In this document: piece after piece, positions 24,700 to 38,642 of the stretch | Layout: the number at the start of each line of letters is the position of its first letter | Numbering within the stretch: position 1 is the stretch's first letter | Program-made: the position numbers and the translations under genes | Notes under the pieces: generated by a model | The model's database searches: none | Told to the model about the DNA's origin: nothing | The model's input: the letters and a program-made list of their open reading frames with translations, nothing else | Source: Mobula hypostoma | Taxonomy: Eukaryota | Reading direction: 5' to 3' | Assembly (NCBI RefSeq): GCF_963921235.1 | Contig: NC_086108.1 | Location: 60,638,001-60,702,000, forward strand | DNA: 64,000 bases

Positions 24700-26407
24700 G
24701 ATAGAAGAAAACAAACAAAATAAATCATAATAAAAAATAAGTAAATCAATCACAGTATACATATATTGAATAGATTAAAAATTGTGCAAAAACCACAACT
24801 ACTATATATTAAAAAGGTGAGGTAGTGTCCAAGGGTTCAATATCCATTTAGGAATTGGATGGCAGAGGGGAAGAAGCTGTTCTTGAATCACTGAGTGTGT
24901 GCCTTCAGACTTCTGTACCACCTACCTAATGGTAACAGTGAGAAAAGGGCATGCTCTGGGTGCTGGAAGTCCTTAATAATGGACGCTGCCTTTCTGAGAC
25001 ACTACTCCTTGAAGACGTCCTGGATACTTTGTAGGCTAGTACCCAAAATGGAACTGACTAGATTTACAACCCTCTGCAGCTTCTTTCGGTACCCCCCTCC
25101 CGCCCCATACCAGACAGTGAGACCAGGTTAGATCCTCAGAGATCTTGACATCCAAGAACTTGGAACTGCTCACTCTCTCCGCTTCTGATCCCTCTGTGAG
25201 GATTGGTATGTGTTTCTTTGTCTTACCCTTCAGGAAGTTTACAATCAGCTCCTTTGTCTTACTGCCATTGAGTGCCAGGTTGTTCCTGCGACACAACACC
25301 ACTAGCTGGCATATCTCATTCCTGTACGCCCTCTCGTCACTACCTGAGATTCTACCAACAAAGGTCGTATTGTCAGCAAATTTATAGATGGCATTTGAGC
25401 TATGCCTAGCCACACAGTCATGAGTATAGAGAGAGTAGAGCAGTGGGCTAAGCACACACCCCTGAGGTGCACCAGTGTTGATTGTCAGCGAAGAGGAGAT
25501 GTTATCACCAATCCACGTAGATTGTGGTCTTCTGGTTAGGAAGTCGAGGATCCAATTGTAGAGGGAGGTACAGAGCCCCAGGTTCTCCAACTTCTCAATC
25601 AGCATTGTGGGAATAATGGTACAGTATTAAATGCTGAGCTATAATCAATGAACAGCATCCTGACATAGGTATTTGTGTTGTCCAGGTGGTCTAAAGCCAT
25701 ATGAACAGCCATTGAGATTGCGCCTGCCATTGACCTATTGTGGCGATAGGAAAATTGCAATGGGTCCAGGTCCTTGCTGAGACAGGAGTTCAGTCTAGTC
25801 ATGACCAACCTCTCAAAGCATTTCATCACGGAAGATGTGAGTGCTACCCGGCGATAGTGATTAAGGCAAATCGCATTATTCTTCATAGGCACTGGTATAA
25901 TTGTTGCCTTTTTGAAGCAAGTGAGAACTTCCGCCTGTAGCAGTGAGAGATTGAAAATATCCTTGAATACTCCCACCAGTTGGTTGGCACTGGTTTTCAG
26001 AGCCTTACTAGGTACTCCATCGGGATCTTCCGCCTTGCGGGGTTTCACTCTCTTTAAAGACAGCCTAACATCGGCCTCTGAGACATAGATCACAGGGTCA
26101 TCAGGTGCAGCAGGGATCTTCACAACTGTAGTTATATTCTCCCTTTCAAAGCGTGCATAGAAGGCATTGAGTTCATCTGGTAGTGAAGCGTCGCTGGCAT
26201 TCATGCTATTGGGTTTCGATTTATGGGAAGTAATGTCTTGCAAACCTTGCCAGAGTTGTTGTGCATCTGATGACGCCTCCAACCTCATTCGAAATTGTCT
26301 CTTCACCCTCTGCAAGCCATACCTGGTTTTCTGGTACAGGCCTGGGTCAACGGACTTGAATACCACGGATCTAGCCTTCAGCAGATGACGTACCTCCTGG
26401 TTCATCT
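24700..26407 (-). mobile_element. Rex1/Babar LINE, 5'-truncated with internal deletion
   Basis: [39 protein letters not shown] and [20 protein letters not shown]...FADNTT. Confidence 0.9.
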
Positions 26408-26411
26408 ACGG

Positions 26412-27032
26412 CTTAGGTGCAAGGGTATAATTTTAAAGGAGTTGTTAGAAGTAAGTTTTATATACAGAGAGTGGTGGATGTCTGGAATGTGCTGACACTC
26501 CAGGGACTTTTAAGAGATGTTTTGATAGAATGTGAATGTGAGGAGAGTGGAGGGATGTGGACATTGTGGAAGGCATAAAGGATTAGATTAGTGATTTTTG
26601 TAGGCCGAAGGCCCTGTTCCTGTGCTGTACTGTTCTATATTTATTCCCTAGAGGGTAGGAAAATGAAGGAAGATTTGATATATGATTATGAGGGATATAG
26701 ATAGGGTAAATGTAAGCAGGCTTTTTCCCACTGAGGTTGAGTTAGACTAGAACTAGAGGTCAAGGGTTAAGGGTGAAAGGTGAAATGTTTAAGGGGAGCA
26801 TGAGGAGGAACATTTTCACTCGGAGGGTGGTAAGTGCAAAACAAGCTGCCAGTAGAAGTGATGGATGCAAGTTTGATTTCAATATTTGAGATATTTGGGT
26901 AGGTACATGAATGGGAGGGGTATGGAGTTCTACAACCTTGGTGCAGGTCAATAGGACTGGGCAGATTATAGTCATCATGGACTAGGTGGGCCATAGAGAC
27001 TGGTTCTGTGCTGTAGTGTTCTATGACTCTAT
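26412..27032 (+). mobile_element. Two tandem CR1 3'-end fragments
   Basis: Each ends in ...cctgttcctgtgctgtactgttcta or ...ggttctgtgctgtagtgttctatgactctatg. Confidence 0.65.
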
Positions 27033-27259
27033 GTGTAGAGTTCAAAGTATTAAAGGATTTTTTTCAGAATTATTTAGATTGGCAATGACATTTTTGATAT
27101 CTAGCTTCAATCCTCTTTTTTTTAAACCTTTGGCTAAGTTATATTGATTTTAATTAGAACTGATTGACCGTGTTCTGGATTCTATTTTTTCTGCTCCTCC
27201 AGGCAAGCACCAAGTTAGAACAAAACAAATTGAAAACTTTGATTGTCCAACTGGATTAG

Positions 27260-29900
27260 ACCATAAGACCATAAGACATAGAAGCAGAATTAGGCCTCTT
27301 GGCCCATTAAGTCTGCTTTACCATTCAATCATGGCTGATCCTTTTCTCCTTTCCTCAGCCTCACTCACCAGCCTTCTCCCCATAACCTTTGATGCCATGC
27401 CCAACCAACGACCTATTAATCTCCACCTTAAAGACACCCAATGACCTGGCCCCACAGCTGCCTGTAGTAACAAATGCACCACCGCCTGGCTAAAGAAATT
27501 TCTCTGCTCTCCTGTACTTTCGTGTCCTAGACTCCCCACCATGGGAAACATCCTTTCCACATCTCTTCTGTCTAGGCCTTTCAACATTCAAAATGTTTCA
27601 GTGAGACCACCCCCCCCCCCCGCCTTTCTAAATTTCATCAGGAACAGGCCTGGAGCCATCAAATGTTCCTCATATGATAACCCTCCATTCCCAGAATCTT
27701 CCTTGTTAACCTCCTCTGGTCCCTCTCCAATTCCAGCACATCTTTTCTTCAATGAAGAACCTGAAAACTGTCCAAAATACCCAAGTGAGGCCTCACCAAA
27801 GCCTTGTAAAACCTCAGCATCACATCCCTGCACTTATATTCTAGACCTCTCAAAATGAATACTAACACTGCATTTGCCTTCCTCACCACTGACTCAACCT
27901 GCAGTTAACCGTTAGGGTGAAAGCAACTGCTCAAGTCCCTTTGTACCTCAGAATTTGGATTTTCTCCCCATTTAGAAAATAGTTCACATTTTTATTTCTA
28001 CTACGGAAGTGCATGACCATGCATTTTCCAACATTGTATTTTATTTGCTACTTTCTTGCCCATTCTCCTAATGTGTCTAAGTCCTTCTGCAGCCTTCCTG
28101 TTTCCTCAACACTACCTGTCCCTCCAACAATCTTTGTATCATCTGTGAACTTGACAACAAAGCCATCTATTCCATCATCTAAATCATTGATATACAGCAT
28201 AAAAAGTAGTCCCAACACCAACCCCTGCGGAACACCACTAGTCACTGGCAGCCAATCAGAAAAGGATCATTTTATTCCCACTTGCTGCCTCTTACCAATC
28301 AGCCAATGCTCTAACCATGTTTGTAACTTTCCTGTAATGTCATGAACTCTTAACTTGGTATGGAGCCTCATGTGTGTCACCCTGTCATAAGCCTTCTGAA
28401 TGCCCAAATATACAACATCCACTGCATCCTCTTTATCTATTCTACTTGTAATGCCCTCAAAGAATTCCAACAGGTTCAGTCAGGCAAGATTTTCCCTTAA
28501 GGAAACTATGCTGACTTTGTCTTATCTTGTCCTGTGTCACCAGTTAGCCTGAACTCCATAAACTCATCCTTAACAATTGACTCTAACATCTTCCCAGCCA
28601 CTGAGGTCAGGCTAACTGGTGTATTATTTCCTTTATGCGGCCTCCCTCCTTTCTTAAAGAGTGGAGTGACATTTGCAATTTTCCAATCCTCCGGACCCAT
28701 ACCAGATTCCAATGATCCCTGGAAGATCATTACTAATGCCCCCACAATCTCTTCTACTACCTCTTTCACAACCCTAGGGTGCAGTTCATCTGGTCCAGGT
28801 GACATGTAACCTTTAGGTCTTTCAGATTTTTGAGCACCTTCTCCCTTGTAATAGTAATTGCACTCACTTCCCTTCCCTCACCTGTTCAACACCTGGAACA
28901 CTGCCAGCATCTTCCACAGTGAAGACTGATGCAAAATATTAATTTAGTTCATCTGCCATCTCCTTGGCCCCCGTTATTATTTCTCTGGCTTCATTTTCTA
29001 CGGTCCTATATCCAGTTTCATCTCTTTTTTTATACACTATATACTTGTAAAAGCATTTTATATCCACCTTGATATTGTTTGCTAGCTTGCTTTCATATTT
29101 CTTCTTTTCCCTCCAAATAATTCTTTTAGTTGCTTTCTGGAGGTTTTTAAAAGCTTCCCAATCCTTCACCTTCCCGCTAATTTTTGCTTTGTTGTATGCC
29201 CTCTCTTTTGCTTTTCCATTAGCTTTTACTTCCCTCGTCAGCCACAGTTGTACTATTTTGCCATTTGAGTGTTTCTTTGTTTTTGGAATACATCTATCCT
29301 ACACCTTTCTCATTTTTCCTAGAAATTCAAGCCATTGCTACCCTGCTGTCATCCCTGCCAGCATCTCCTTCCAATTTACTTTGGCCAAATCCTCTCATAT
29401 CACTGTAATTTCCTTTACTGCTATGTCAGACTTTACTTTCTCCCTGTCAAATTTCAAGATCAGCTCAATCCTATTGTCATCACTGTTTCCTAAGAGGTTT
29501 TTTTTTACCTTAATCTCCTTAATTGCCTCCAGTTCATTACATAACACCCCCTCCAGTATAGTGATTCCCTAGTAGGCTCAACGACAAACTGCTCTAACAA
29601 ATCCATCTTGTAGACATTCAACAAACTCACTCTCTTGAGATCTATTACCAACCTGATTTTCCCAATTGACCTGCATGTTAACATCTCCGGAGACTATCAT
29701 AATATTGTCTTTTTGACACGCCCTTTCTATTTCCTGTTGTAATCTGTAGTCCCCATTGCAGCTGTTGTTGGGAAGCCTGTATTTAACTGCCACAGGGTCC
29801 TTTTACCCTTGTCATTTCTTAACTCAACCCACATGGATTCAACATCTTCCAATCCTATGTCACCTCTTTGTAATGATTTGATGCCATTCTTTATTGCCAA
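27260..29900 (-). mobile_element. CR1 LINE including part of the APE endonuclease region
   Basis: (gaccataa)2 tail; TSGVPQGLVLG...FTDDTK, SPGPDELHP and VESMWVELRN. Confidence 0.9.
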
Positions 29901-30295
29901 ACGTGTGTAAGGTCCTACAATTGAAGCCATTAGTTATGATTTGAAAAATGACAGTTTTATGCTTTCTTTTAACCTTTGTCAGAGACTAAGATTCTTAAGT
30001 GTTGCTTGTTCAAAATTAGACATTGATGCAAGGACAAGAGCAATGTCCTCAACTGTAAAAACTTGAATCAAGATTCTCACACTCCCTTTGTGTCTAAGAT
30101 ACAGAAAGCAAATAACATTGGAGAATGGATTGAATTAGTTTTCTTTTAGTAATTTGTGTAATGTCAGCATCACTAGCGAGACCAAGATTTATTACTGATT
30201 TAGAATTGCCTTTGAGAAGTTGACAGCAAGCCACTTTCTTCAACTGTTGCTTTCCTGTTAGGTGGGAATTTCAGGATCTGAACTAGCAATGATAA

Positions 30296-30895
30296 ATTAG
30301 ATTAGATTAGATTCAACTTTATTGTCATTGTGCCGAGTACAGATACAAAGCCAATGAAATGCATTTAGCATCTGACAAGAAATGCAAAGAATATTGTTAT
30401 TTACAAAATAACTGCGAATAAAAAAAGTGCTACAGCACACAAATATAAAAGTACTGAGACTGTACAATACGGATGCAATACTGCTTAGTGCAGCGATGAC
30501 AGGTTCGGCAGTGTCACAGCCTCAGGGAAGAAGCTCTTCCTGTTCCTGCCGGTGCGGGAGCGGAGGCTCCTGTAGCGCCTACTGGATGGGAGGAGAGTAA
30601 AAAGTCCATGGTTAGGGTGAGATGCATCGCTGATAATGCTTTTTGCCCGGCCCAGGCAGCGTTTACGATAGATGTTCTCAATGGTGGGCAATTGGGTGCC
30701 GATAATCCGCTGGGCAGTTTTCACCACAACTGGAGTGCTTTGCGGTCCAGTACAGGGCAATTGTCATACCACACTGAGATGCAGTTGGTGAGTATGCTCT
30801 CAATAGTACAGCGGTAAAACTCCGTCAGTATCCTGGGACGGAGGTGAGCTTTCTTCATGCTCCCTCGGAAATAAAGGCGCTGTTGTGCCTTTTTG
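30296..30895 (-). mobile_element. Rex1/Babar LINE 3' fragment with (atcta)n tail
   Basis: VVKTAQRIIGTQLP...HPNHGLFTLLPSSRRYRSL; attagattagattag repeat. Confidence 0.82.
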
Positions 30896-31779
30896 GTAAT
30901 GTGACTAGGAGGAAAGCCTGCCGGTGGCAGTATGTAAATATGCCCGCTGTCCTTGAGCTTCTAGCAGATAGAATTCACGTGTTTGTGAGGCGCTGTTGTT
31001 TAGCTTTATCGTGTAGCTTGTAGATGGTTGATAGCACCTGCCATGGTGTAGAGACAAGAGGGTTGTGACCCTTGCAGCAGACTCCATCCAGTTGGATTAA
31101 TCCTAGGCAAAGGTATTTTATGTATTGGTTTGAATTTTCCCTTCCTCATATTTAAATTGAGGACACCTTTGAAACACTTTTTTTTCCCTGGTGTGCCATG
31201 GTTGAGCATGAAGAATAAGCTCACTTTGTGAATCTGGAAACTAGTAACATTTTAAATGGACAAAGTGAATGTAAAATTATCATTCAATCAATGCTGATTA
31301 TATTTGCTTGGCAGGCTATGGTGATGCATATTCATCCATTTATGACTGCATGTATAATAGCCTGTGAAGTACTGATATTTCTTCAGCATCTTGAGGTGTT
31401 TTTCATCTCAGCAATGTGGAATGTGGCAGAAATTGAGAATACCTGATTTAAAAATAAGCTTGCTCTTATTAAATGTCAGAGTCATCAAAATTCACTCTTC
31501 AAAAATGTAACTTGTGCATTTTATGCAATATTTTGTTTCTTGGATATCAGGCTCTTTGTCAGAATTGGTTTCCAAGGTATGGGAAATACATATTTTTGTC
31601 ACTTATTTATTCGGAGTTGGACTTGACAAGCAAGATAAGCTTAATTTTGTCCTTTCCAGATTTCCCCATATTCTAAAATAGCTTGATAGACCTTTTTTTA
31701 GCCTGAGGATCAGGCTAAATTTGGCTACATGAAAACTAGAGGAACAACACTTTAAATTCTGTCCTGGGTGACAAGAACA

Positions 31780-32300
31780 ATTTATTCACCAACTTCCAGT
31801 GAACAGCTTCCCTCTGTCTCTTGTCACACTGCTCATGATGCACCTACCACCATCTCACTCCCCTTTTCTTATCCTACACCCTCTCCACCTGCCCGTCACC
31901 CACACATACTTCCAACTCATTCCCTTCTCACATTACTCCCTCCACCCTCCCTACCTTCCTCCCTTTATTCCATCCTCTACCCTCCTCTCCTATTAGATTC
32001 CATCATCTTCAGACCATTGATACATCTACCAATCACCTCCCAGCTTCTGACACTATTCCAACTTTCTCCTCCCCTTTCAGCCTATCATCTCTCCTCACCT
32101 TGATCCACCCATCAACCCTGTTAGCTCTTGCTCCACTTTTTCTCTACACATTTTTATACTGTCCCCCACACCCCACCATCTTTCATTCCAGATTAAGGGT
32201 CTTGACCTGAAACATCAATCCTCCACTGATGTTGCCTGACTTACTGAGTTCCATTTGTGTGTTGCTCGAGATTCCAGCAAATGGAATCTCTTCGGTCTCC
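31780..32300 (+). mobile_element. Old Penelope 3' UTR remnant
   Basis: Pyrimidine-rich body, decayed hammerhead (ccagattaagggtcttgacctgaaacatcaat) and gatgttgcctgac...gtgtgttgctcgagattccagca tail. Confidence 0.55.
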
Positions 32301-32557
32301 CATGTACCCAAGAAACTTCACAGCCACAAGTTCTTTTGATGCGCGGAGACTATGGTGAGTATATTATCTTTTAATAATGATTTACACACATAATAACATT
32401 TCTAACATGTCACCAAGACTGTAAAATACTCAACCAGTCCTATTGAAAATCAATGCCCAGGCTAAATGCACCAAGTTAAAACCTAATTAGAAACAATAAA
32501 TTTTATTGCCAAAATTAAATTCTTGTGATACTCTCATGTGATAGTTATTATCTATAT

Positions 32558-32636
32558 CAAGAGTTCCCAACCTGAGGTCCACAGACCCCTTGTGTACTGG
32601 TATTGGTCCATGGCATAAATAGGTTGGAAACCCCTG
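32558..32636. mobile_element. 79-bp hAT-type MITE
   Basis: Inverted termini caagagttcccaacct / aggttggaaacccctg and a perfect 8-bp TSD atctatat (32550-32557, 32637-32644). Confidence 0.8.
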
Positions 32637-32874
32637 ATCTATATCAACAGCCAGAGTTAATTGAGAATGTCTCATCATCACAGGCACAGTGGACTGGATG
32701 GAATCCTTTAAGCTGCATTGTTCATGACGGTAGAACAATCCTTTGAAGGGATAGGCATATTCAATAAAAGAAGTTTACCTTTGAAATGTTGAATTAGGAT
32801 ATATAACTTTCGATAATAGATTTGTTATTTGGAGACTTATTCTAATTAACATGGATATAAACACAATCAGCTGG

Positions 32875-32880
32875 TTTATT
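32875..32880 (-). terminator. Candidate polyadenylation signal for PODN
   Basis: AATAAA on - followed by GT-rich gattgtgttt, about 2.4 kb past the stop. Other AATAAA sites exist nearby (e.g. 32502-32507). Confidence 0.25.
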
Positions 32881-35271
32881 TATAAAAGTACAGTAACAGC
32901 AATTCTGCCATTATCATCCAACAAATGCCATTGTCTTCCCCTGCAAACAAACCATATTTTATACCATATTTTTATATACAAAAGGTGTCTCAGTATTTTA
33001 TACTGATGAAGGAAACAATAATGTGGACATGAACATGACAAAATGGTGAGACTTGAAAATGATGGTGAGATTGAAGAGGAGAGGAAGGTAGGCAAGGCAG
33101 CTTGATTCAAACATTCACCAGTCTCTGTGGTGAAATAAAGTTGTAAATATTGAGGAGAGAGCAGGTATTTCAGATGTGTGGTTATGCACTGGATTAAAAC
33201 AGATGGCAGGAAGAACTTGATGATAGGAAATTCTTAAGAATGTTTAGGACACAGCCATTTTGTAAGCTTGGAGGCAGCAGATGATAGGGGATTGAGACCT
33301 AATCTTGGTAAAAACATGGACTGTATTTGATCTTATGAATCTTGTGGAGAACAGTTGGGAGATCCAGCTACAGTGGGAGAGGGAGTGGTGGGGGGGCGGG
33401 GGAGGCAAATGTAAGAAATAATTTAGACATGTTTCAGGATTTTGCCAACAGAACACTACAGATGGAAACAGAGATTAGAAATGTTAGAAAGATTACAGAG
33501 AATCAGTGGTGAAGGAGGGACAGGTGCTGCAAGTTTGAAATAAAAACAAAATGTTGAAGATACACAGAGGTCAGGCAGCATCTGTGGAGAGGAAACTATG
33601 TTGAGCTTTTAGTTGTTAGTTACTTCAATTTTCCATTCCATTGTACCTGAACCCAGATGTCTCTATATTATTTCAGTATGCTCAAGGATCAACATGCCAT
33701 CTTCCAACAAGGCAGCTGCAGCCTGTAGGTATCGAACTGAATTTCACCATTTGCAATTGCCAGCTCTTTCAGTTTGCATCAGAGCTGATCAGTTCTGATG
33801 AAAGGGTCATCAAACTGCATCAGTAATAGGATTACAAATCTCTACAAAGGTTGTCTGCTGGGTATATATTTTTTTTCTTACAGTTTCCCAGCAACTGCAG
33901 TATTTTGTACATTTCAGCTCCAGCCTCTTTGTTTTGTCTCTTGCCTTTGCTTCATCCACCTCCTCTACATCCTTCTTCACTTGGATCAGCCTTTCACCCA
34001 ATCTCTTAGCTAGCATCATCACTACTTTTGTGTCATTCTGTTTCTCTTGGTCCCAAATGCATGTATTAGATTAGATTATTAGATTATGAGGACATGCAGT
34101 CCTCTTTTATTGTCATTTAGTAATGCATGCATTAAGAAATGATACAATTTCCCCTTGTTCTCTGCATTCCTCTCCCTTCATTGCAGTCCAAATCATGATT
34201 TCTAAATTTCCTCATTTCTGTTAGATGGAAAATGTTAAATTTCTGTTGAATTCTGAAACATTAACTCTGTTTCTCTCTCCACGGGTGCTTACATGCTTGT
34301 TGACTCTTGCCAGAATTTTCTCTTTTTATATCAGGACTAAACGGAATGCCAAATTTCCACAACCCTTGATTCATTTTGAGATATTGATAAAGAGAGTGAT
34401 GGAATGGAAGCCGGACATGGGGACTCAAGAGTCTCAGCTAGGGGAAGCTTTGGCCCAAATGATATCTCACAGGCAATTTCAAAACCAAAAGCAATGACCG
34501 TTGGCTCAGAAATAAGAAGAGGCAGAAACAGATTATGGAAACAAACTCTGTTCTTAAATTTTAGTAATGCTATAGTCATGAATGAAAGGCAGAACCAGAA
34601 GTGATCAGAGGAACAGAGGAGGAGGTGGCATTGCATGCAGATAATACTAATACTGAGAGAAGTTCATGAGGTGTCATCCCTGTGGCAGACAGTATGTCAG
34701 AATCTTTGGAGAAGATTAAATATTGTTGATAATGTTAGAAAGGCCAAGGAGGTGGTGGACATAAGGAGATATATTTGCTTGAATCTTTAAATATCATAGT
34801 TATGGCAGCAAATAAACTGGATTTGGGATCATTGGATAAGGAGCAGAGACACTATGGATGTAAAACAACACTCTGGTAATGAAAAACAACCAGAGGACTA
34901 AAAATCTGTGAATTAAGAAGACTTTTTTTAAGGGTGATAAAAGGGTACACAGATTTGGATGGCAGAAGTACATAACATTTGTGCATGAAAACCCAATGCT
35001 AAACACAACTATTCTTCAGGGTGATAACAACAGCAAGAGTGAAGCTGGGGAGGTGAAATTGAGTACTTGATCTGGAATGACATGATACCAAAGGTATAGT
35101 TGAAAGAAATGAGTGAGTAGTAAAAGAGGTGGAAAACAACAGGGAGCTAAGGCATCACTGGGTACGTAGACTGGAGTGAGCTTAAAGTCATAGGAAGAGA
35201 GGATTACACATACACAACCTTTGTATATGGAAAACACAAGGCTAAATGTCTTGATTATTGTTCATGGGTGA

Positions 35272-35443
35272 TTACTTGTCATTCTGAATAGCTTGGTCAG
35301 AATCATTCTCTGAATTGTCTTCTGAGGTGCCGTTTTCCTTTGTGGATGTGGAAATGGACTCTGTGTAGGGGCCCATATCCAGTACTTGTAAGAACTTCAG
35401 CTTTTCAAATACTTTCACTCTAGTTGTTGTTAGACTGTTGTCC
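35272..35443 (-). CDS. PODN: Podocan last coding exon with stop codon
   Basis: On -: tttttcctttcacag acceptor; phase completes AG|G (Arg). Encodes DNSLTTTRVKVFEKLKFLQVLDMGPYTESISTSTKENGTSEDNSENDSDQAIQNDK*; recalled human ...AFRRLKHLQVLDIEG plus acidic tail. Confidence 0.85.
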
Positions 35444-35744
35444 CTGTGAAAGGAAAAATTTGGGTTCAAATTATGAATATGAGAAAGAACTTGTACAAAA
35501 TTTTTTACGGCTCTAAAATCTGTCCAAATCAAAATTTTAAAATACAAAATTGTTGCTTGGATTTAGAGCAACTAGTTTGAACACTAATGAGATAAACAAA
35601 ATGAACAATTTAATTTTATAAGTGACTTGGATGAGAAAGTGTAAGGGTAGCCAGTAAGTTTGCAGTTAACACAAAGGTTGGTGGTGTTGTGGATAGTGTA
35701 GAAGGTTGTTGTAGTTTACAACTGGACACTGAGCTGGGCTGAGA

Positions 35745-37160
35745 CATGATTTTGAAACATATCAACTCCTGCCTGGAAAGTGACTTGGATCCACTCCAAT
35801 TTGCTTACTGTCACAACAGGTCAACAGCAGATGCTATTTCATTGATTCTTTACGCAACCCTGGAACATCTGGACAAGAAAGATGCATATATCAAGATGCT
35901 CTTCATTGACTACAGCTCAGCACTCAGTACTATCATCCTCTCAAAACTAATCAATAAGCTTCAAGACCTAGACCTCGATACCTCTTTGTGCAATTTGATC
36001 CTCAATTTCCTCACTTGCAGACCCCAGTCAATTTGGATTTGCAACATCTCCTCCATGATCTCCATCAGCACAGGAACACCACAAGGCTGTATACTTAGCC
36101 CCTACTCTACTTGTTTTATACTTATGACCGTGAGGCTAAGCGCAGCTCCAATGTCATGTTTAAGTTTGCTGATTAAGTTCACTGTCATTGGCCAAATCAA
36201 ATGTGGTGACGGATCAGCATATAGAGGGAGATTGAAAATCTGGCTGAGTGGTGCCACAACCACCTCTCAGTCAATGTCAGCAAGACCAAGGAGGTGACTA
36301 CTGACTTCAGGAGGAGGAAACCAGAGGTCCCTGAGCCAGTCCTCATTGGGCGATCAAAGATGGAGAGGATCAGCAACTTTAAATTCCCCAGTGTTATTAT
36401 TTCAGAGGGTCGGTCCTGAGTCCAGCATGGAAGTGCCATTATGAACAAAGCACTGCAGCACTTCTACTTCCTTAAAAGTTTGTGAAGATGTCATGTGAAG
36501 TTCTAACAAACTTCTATTAAAGTGTGGTGGAGAGTATGTTGACCAGCTACATCACATCCTAGAACAAAAACACCAATGCCCTTGTACGAAAAAGTCAATG
36601 AAAAAGTCAATAAAAAAGTATTGGATACAGCCCAGTCTGTCATGGGTAAAGCTCTCCTCACCATTGAGCAAATCTACATAAGAGTGTTGTCGCAGGAAAG
36701 CAACATCCATCATCAAAGATCCCTACTATCCAGATTGTGCTCTCTTCTCACTGCTCTCATCAGCAAGAAGGTACAGGAGCCTCAGGACACACACCACCGG
36801 GTTCAAGAATAGTTATTACCCCTCAACCATCAGGCTCTTGAACCAGAAGGGGTAACTTCACTCAACTTTACTCGTCCCATTGATGAACTGTTCCCACAAC
36901 TTAAGAGCACTTTCAAGTACTCTTCATCTCATGTTCTCAATATTGCTTATTTATTTTTTTCTCTTTCTTTCTGTGTTTGTTCAATTTATTGTCTTTTTTT
37001 TTGCATATTGGTTGCTTGTCCATCCTGTTTGGTGCAGTCTTGCATTGGTTCTATTGTGTTTCTTGGATTTACTGTGATTGCCCGCAAGAAAATGAATGTC
37101 AGGGTTGTATATGGTGACATAGATCTACTTTGATAATAAATTTACTTTGAAATTTGAACA
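35745..37160 (+). mobile_element. Rex1/Babar LINE, 5'-truncated
   Basis: DLDPLQFAYCHNRSTADAI...LFIDYSSAL...GTPQGCILSP; ends aataaatttactttgaaatttgaac. Confidence 0.88.
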
Positions 37161-38642
37161 TTGAAGTGATTCACTTTGGAAGGTTGCATTTGAAAGTAGC
37201 ATACAGGGTTACTGGCAGGATTCTTAGCAGTATGGAGGAACAGAGGGATCGCAGGGCCCATATCTGTTGATCCCTCAAAGTTGCTGTGCAAGTTGATAGG
37301 TGATGAAGAAGGTGTTTGCTTCATTAATCGGGAGTCTGAGTTCAAGAGTTGTGAGGTAGGGTTGCAGCTTTATAAAACCCTGCTTAGACCACACTTGGAC
37401 CTGTGTGGATGAATGTTTGCCTTCAAAACCATTTCCAAACCAAAGTTCCAGGAGATTCATAGTCCAGACCTTTGTCATTCAAGAATGGTGATCCAAACTA
37501 TAAAAGAAGTCCAGGTATGACATATGGAAGATTACTTTAAGGGTAAAAAAGCAGTTCCTTTTGAGATTAGAGATGGAATCGGATGCACGTCAGCTCTGGC
37601 AGGCTTTGCAGGTCAGTACTTCCAACAAAGCAAAACCTAACATCATGAATGGCTCTGATGCTTTACTCCCAGATGAGCTCAGTGTCTCTTATGCATGTTT
37701 TGAAAAGGAGAATAAACTACACCTGTGTGAATCCTTGCAGCATCTGCAGATCCTGTGATTTCTGTCTTGGAGGTCGACGTCATAACATCTTTCAAGAGAG
37801 TGAACTCTCACAAGGCATCAGGCCCTGATGGTGTACCTGGTAAAGCTCTGAAAACTTGTGCCAATCAACTGGTGGGAGTGATCAAGGACACCTTCAATCT
37901 CTCACAGCTGCTTCAAAAGGCTGAAAGACCAGTGCCTGAGAAGAGCAGGATGAGCTGTCTCAATGATTTCCACCAAGTAGCACTCACATCTGCTGGGATG
38001 AAGTGCTTTGAGTGGTTGGTCATGGCTAGAATCAACTCCTACCTAAGCTACAATTTGCCTACAACCACAACAGGTTTCACTAGCTCTCCAATTGGCCTTG
38101 AGTCATCTGGACAATAGTAATACCTTTGTCAGGCTGCTGTTTATTGACTACAGTTCAGCCTTCAATTAGTCATCACCCCAGTTCTAATCAACAAGCTCCA
38201 AAACCTGGACCTCTGTGCTTCCATCTGCAACTGGGTCCTTGATTTCCTCACCGGGAGACTACAATCTGTGCGAATCAGAAATAACATCTCCTCCTCACTG
38301 ACAAGCCACACTGGCGCACCTCAAGGATGCGTGTTTAGCCCACTGCTCTACTCTCTTTACGCACACGATTGTCAGGCTAGACACAACTCAAACATCATCT
38401 ATTAATTTGCCACCAACACAACTATCGTTGGCAGAATTTGAGATGATGAGGAGTACAGGAGTGAGAAAAGTCAGCTGATTGAGTGGTGTCGCAGCGACAA
38501 TCTTGCATTCAACATCAGTAAGATGAAGGGAGTTGATTGTGGACCAGGAAGGGGAAGTTAGGGGAACACACCAGTGCTTATCAAGGAATATGAAGTAGAA
38601 AGGGTGAGCAGTTTCAAGTTCCTGGGTGTCAATATCTTTCAA

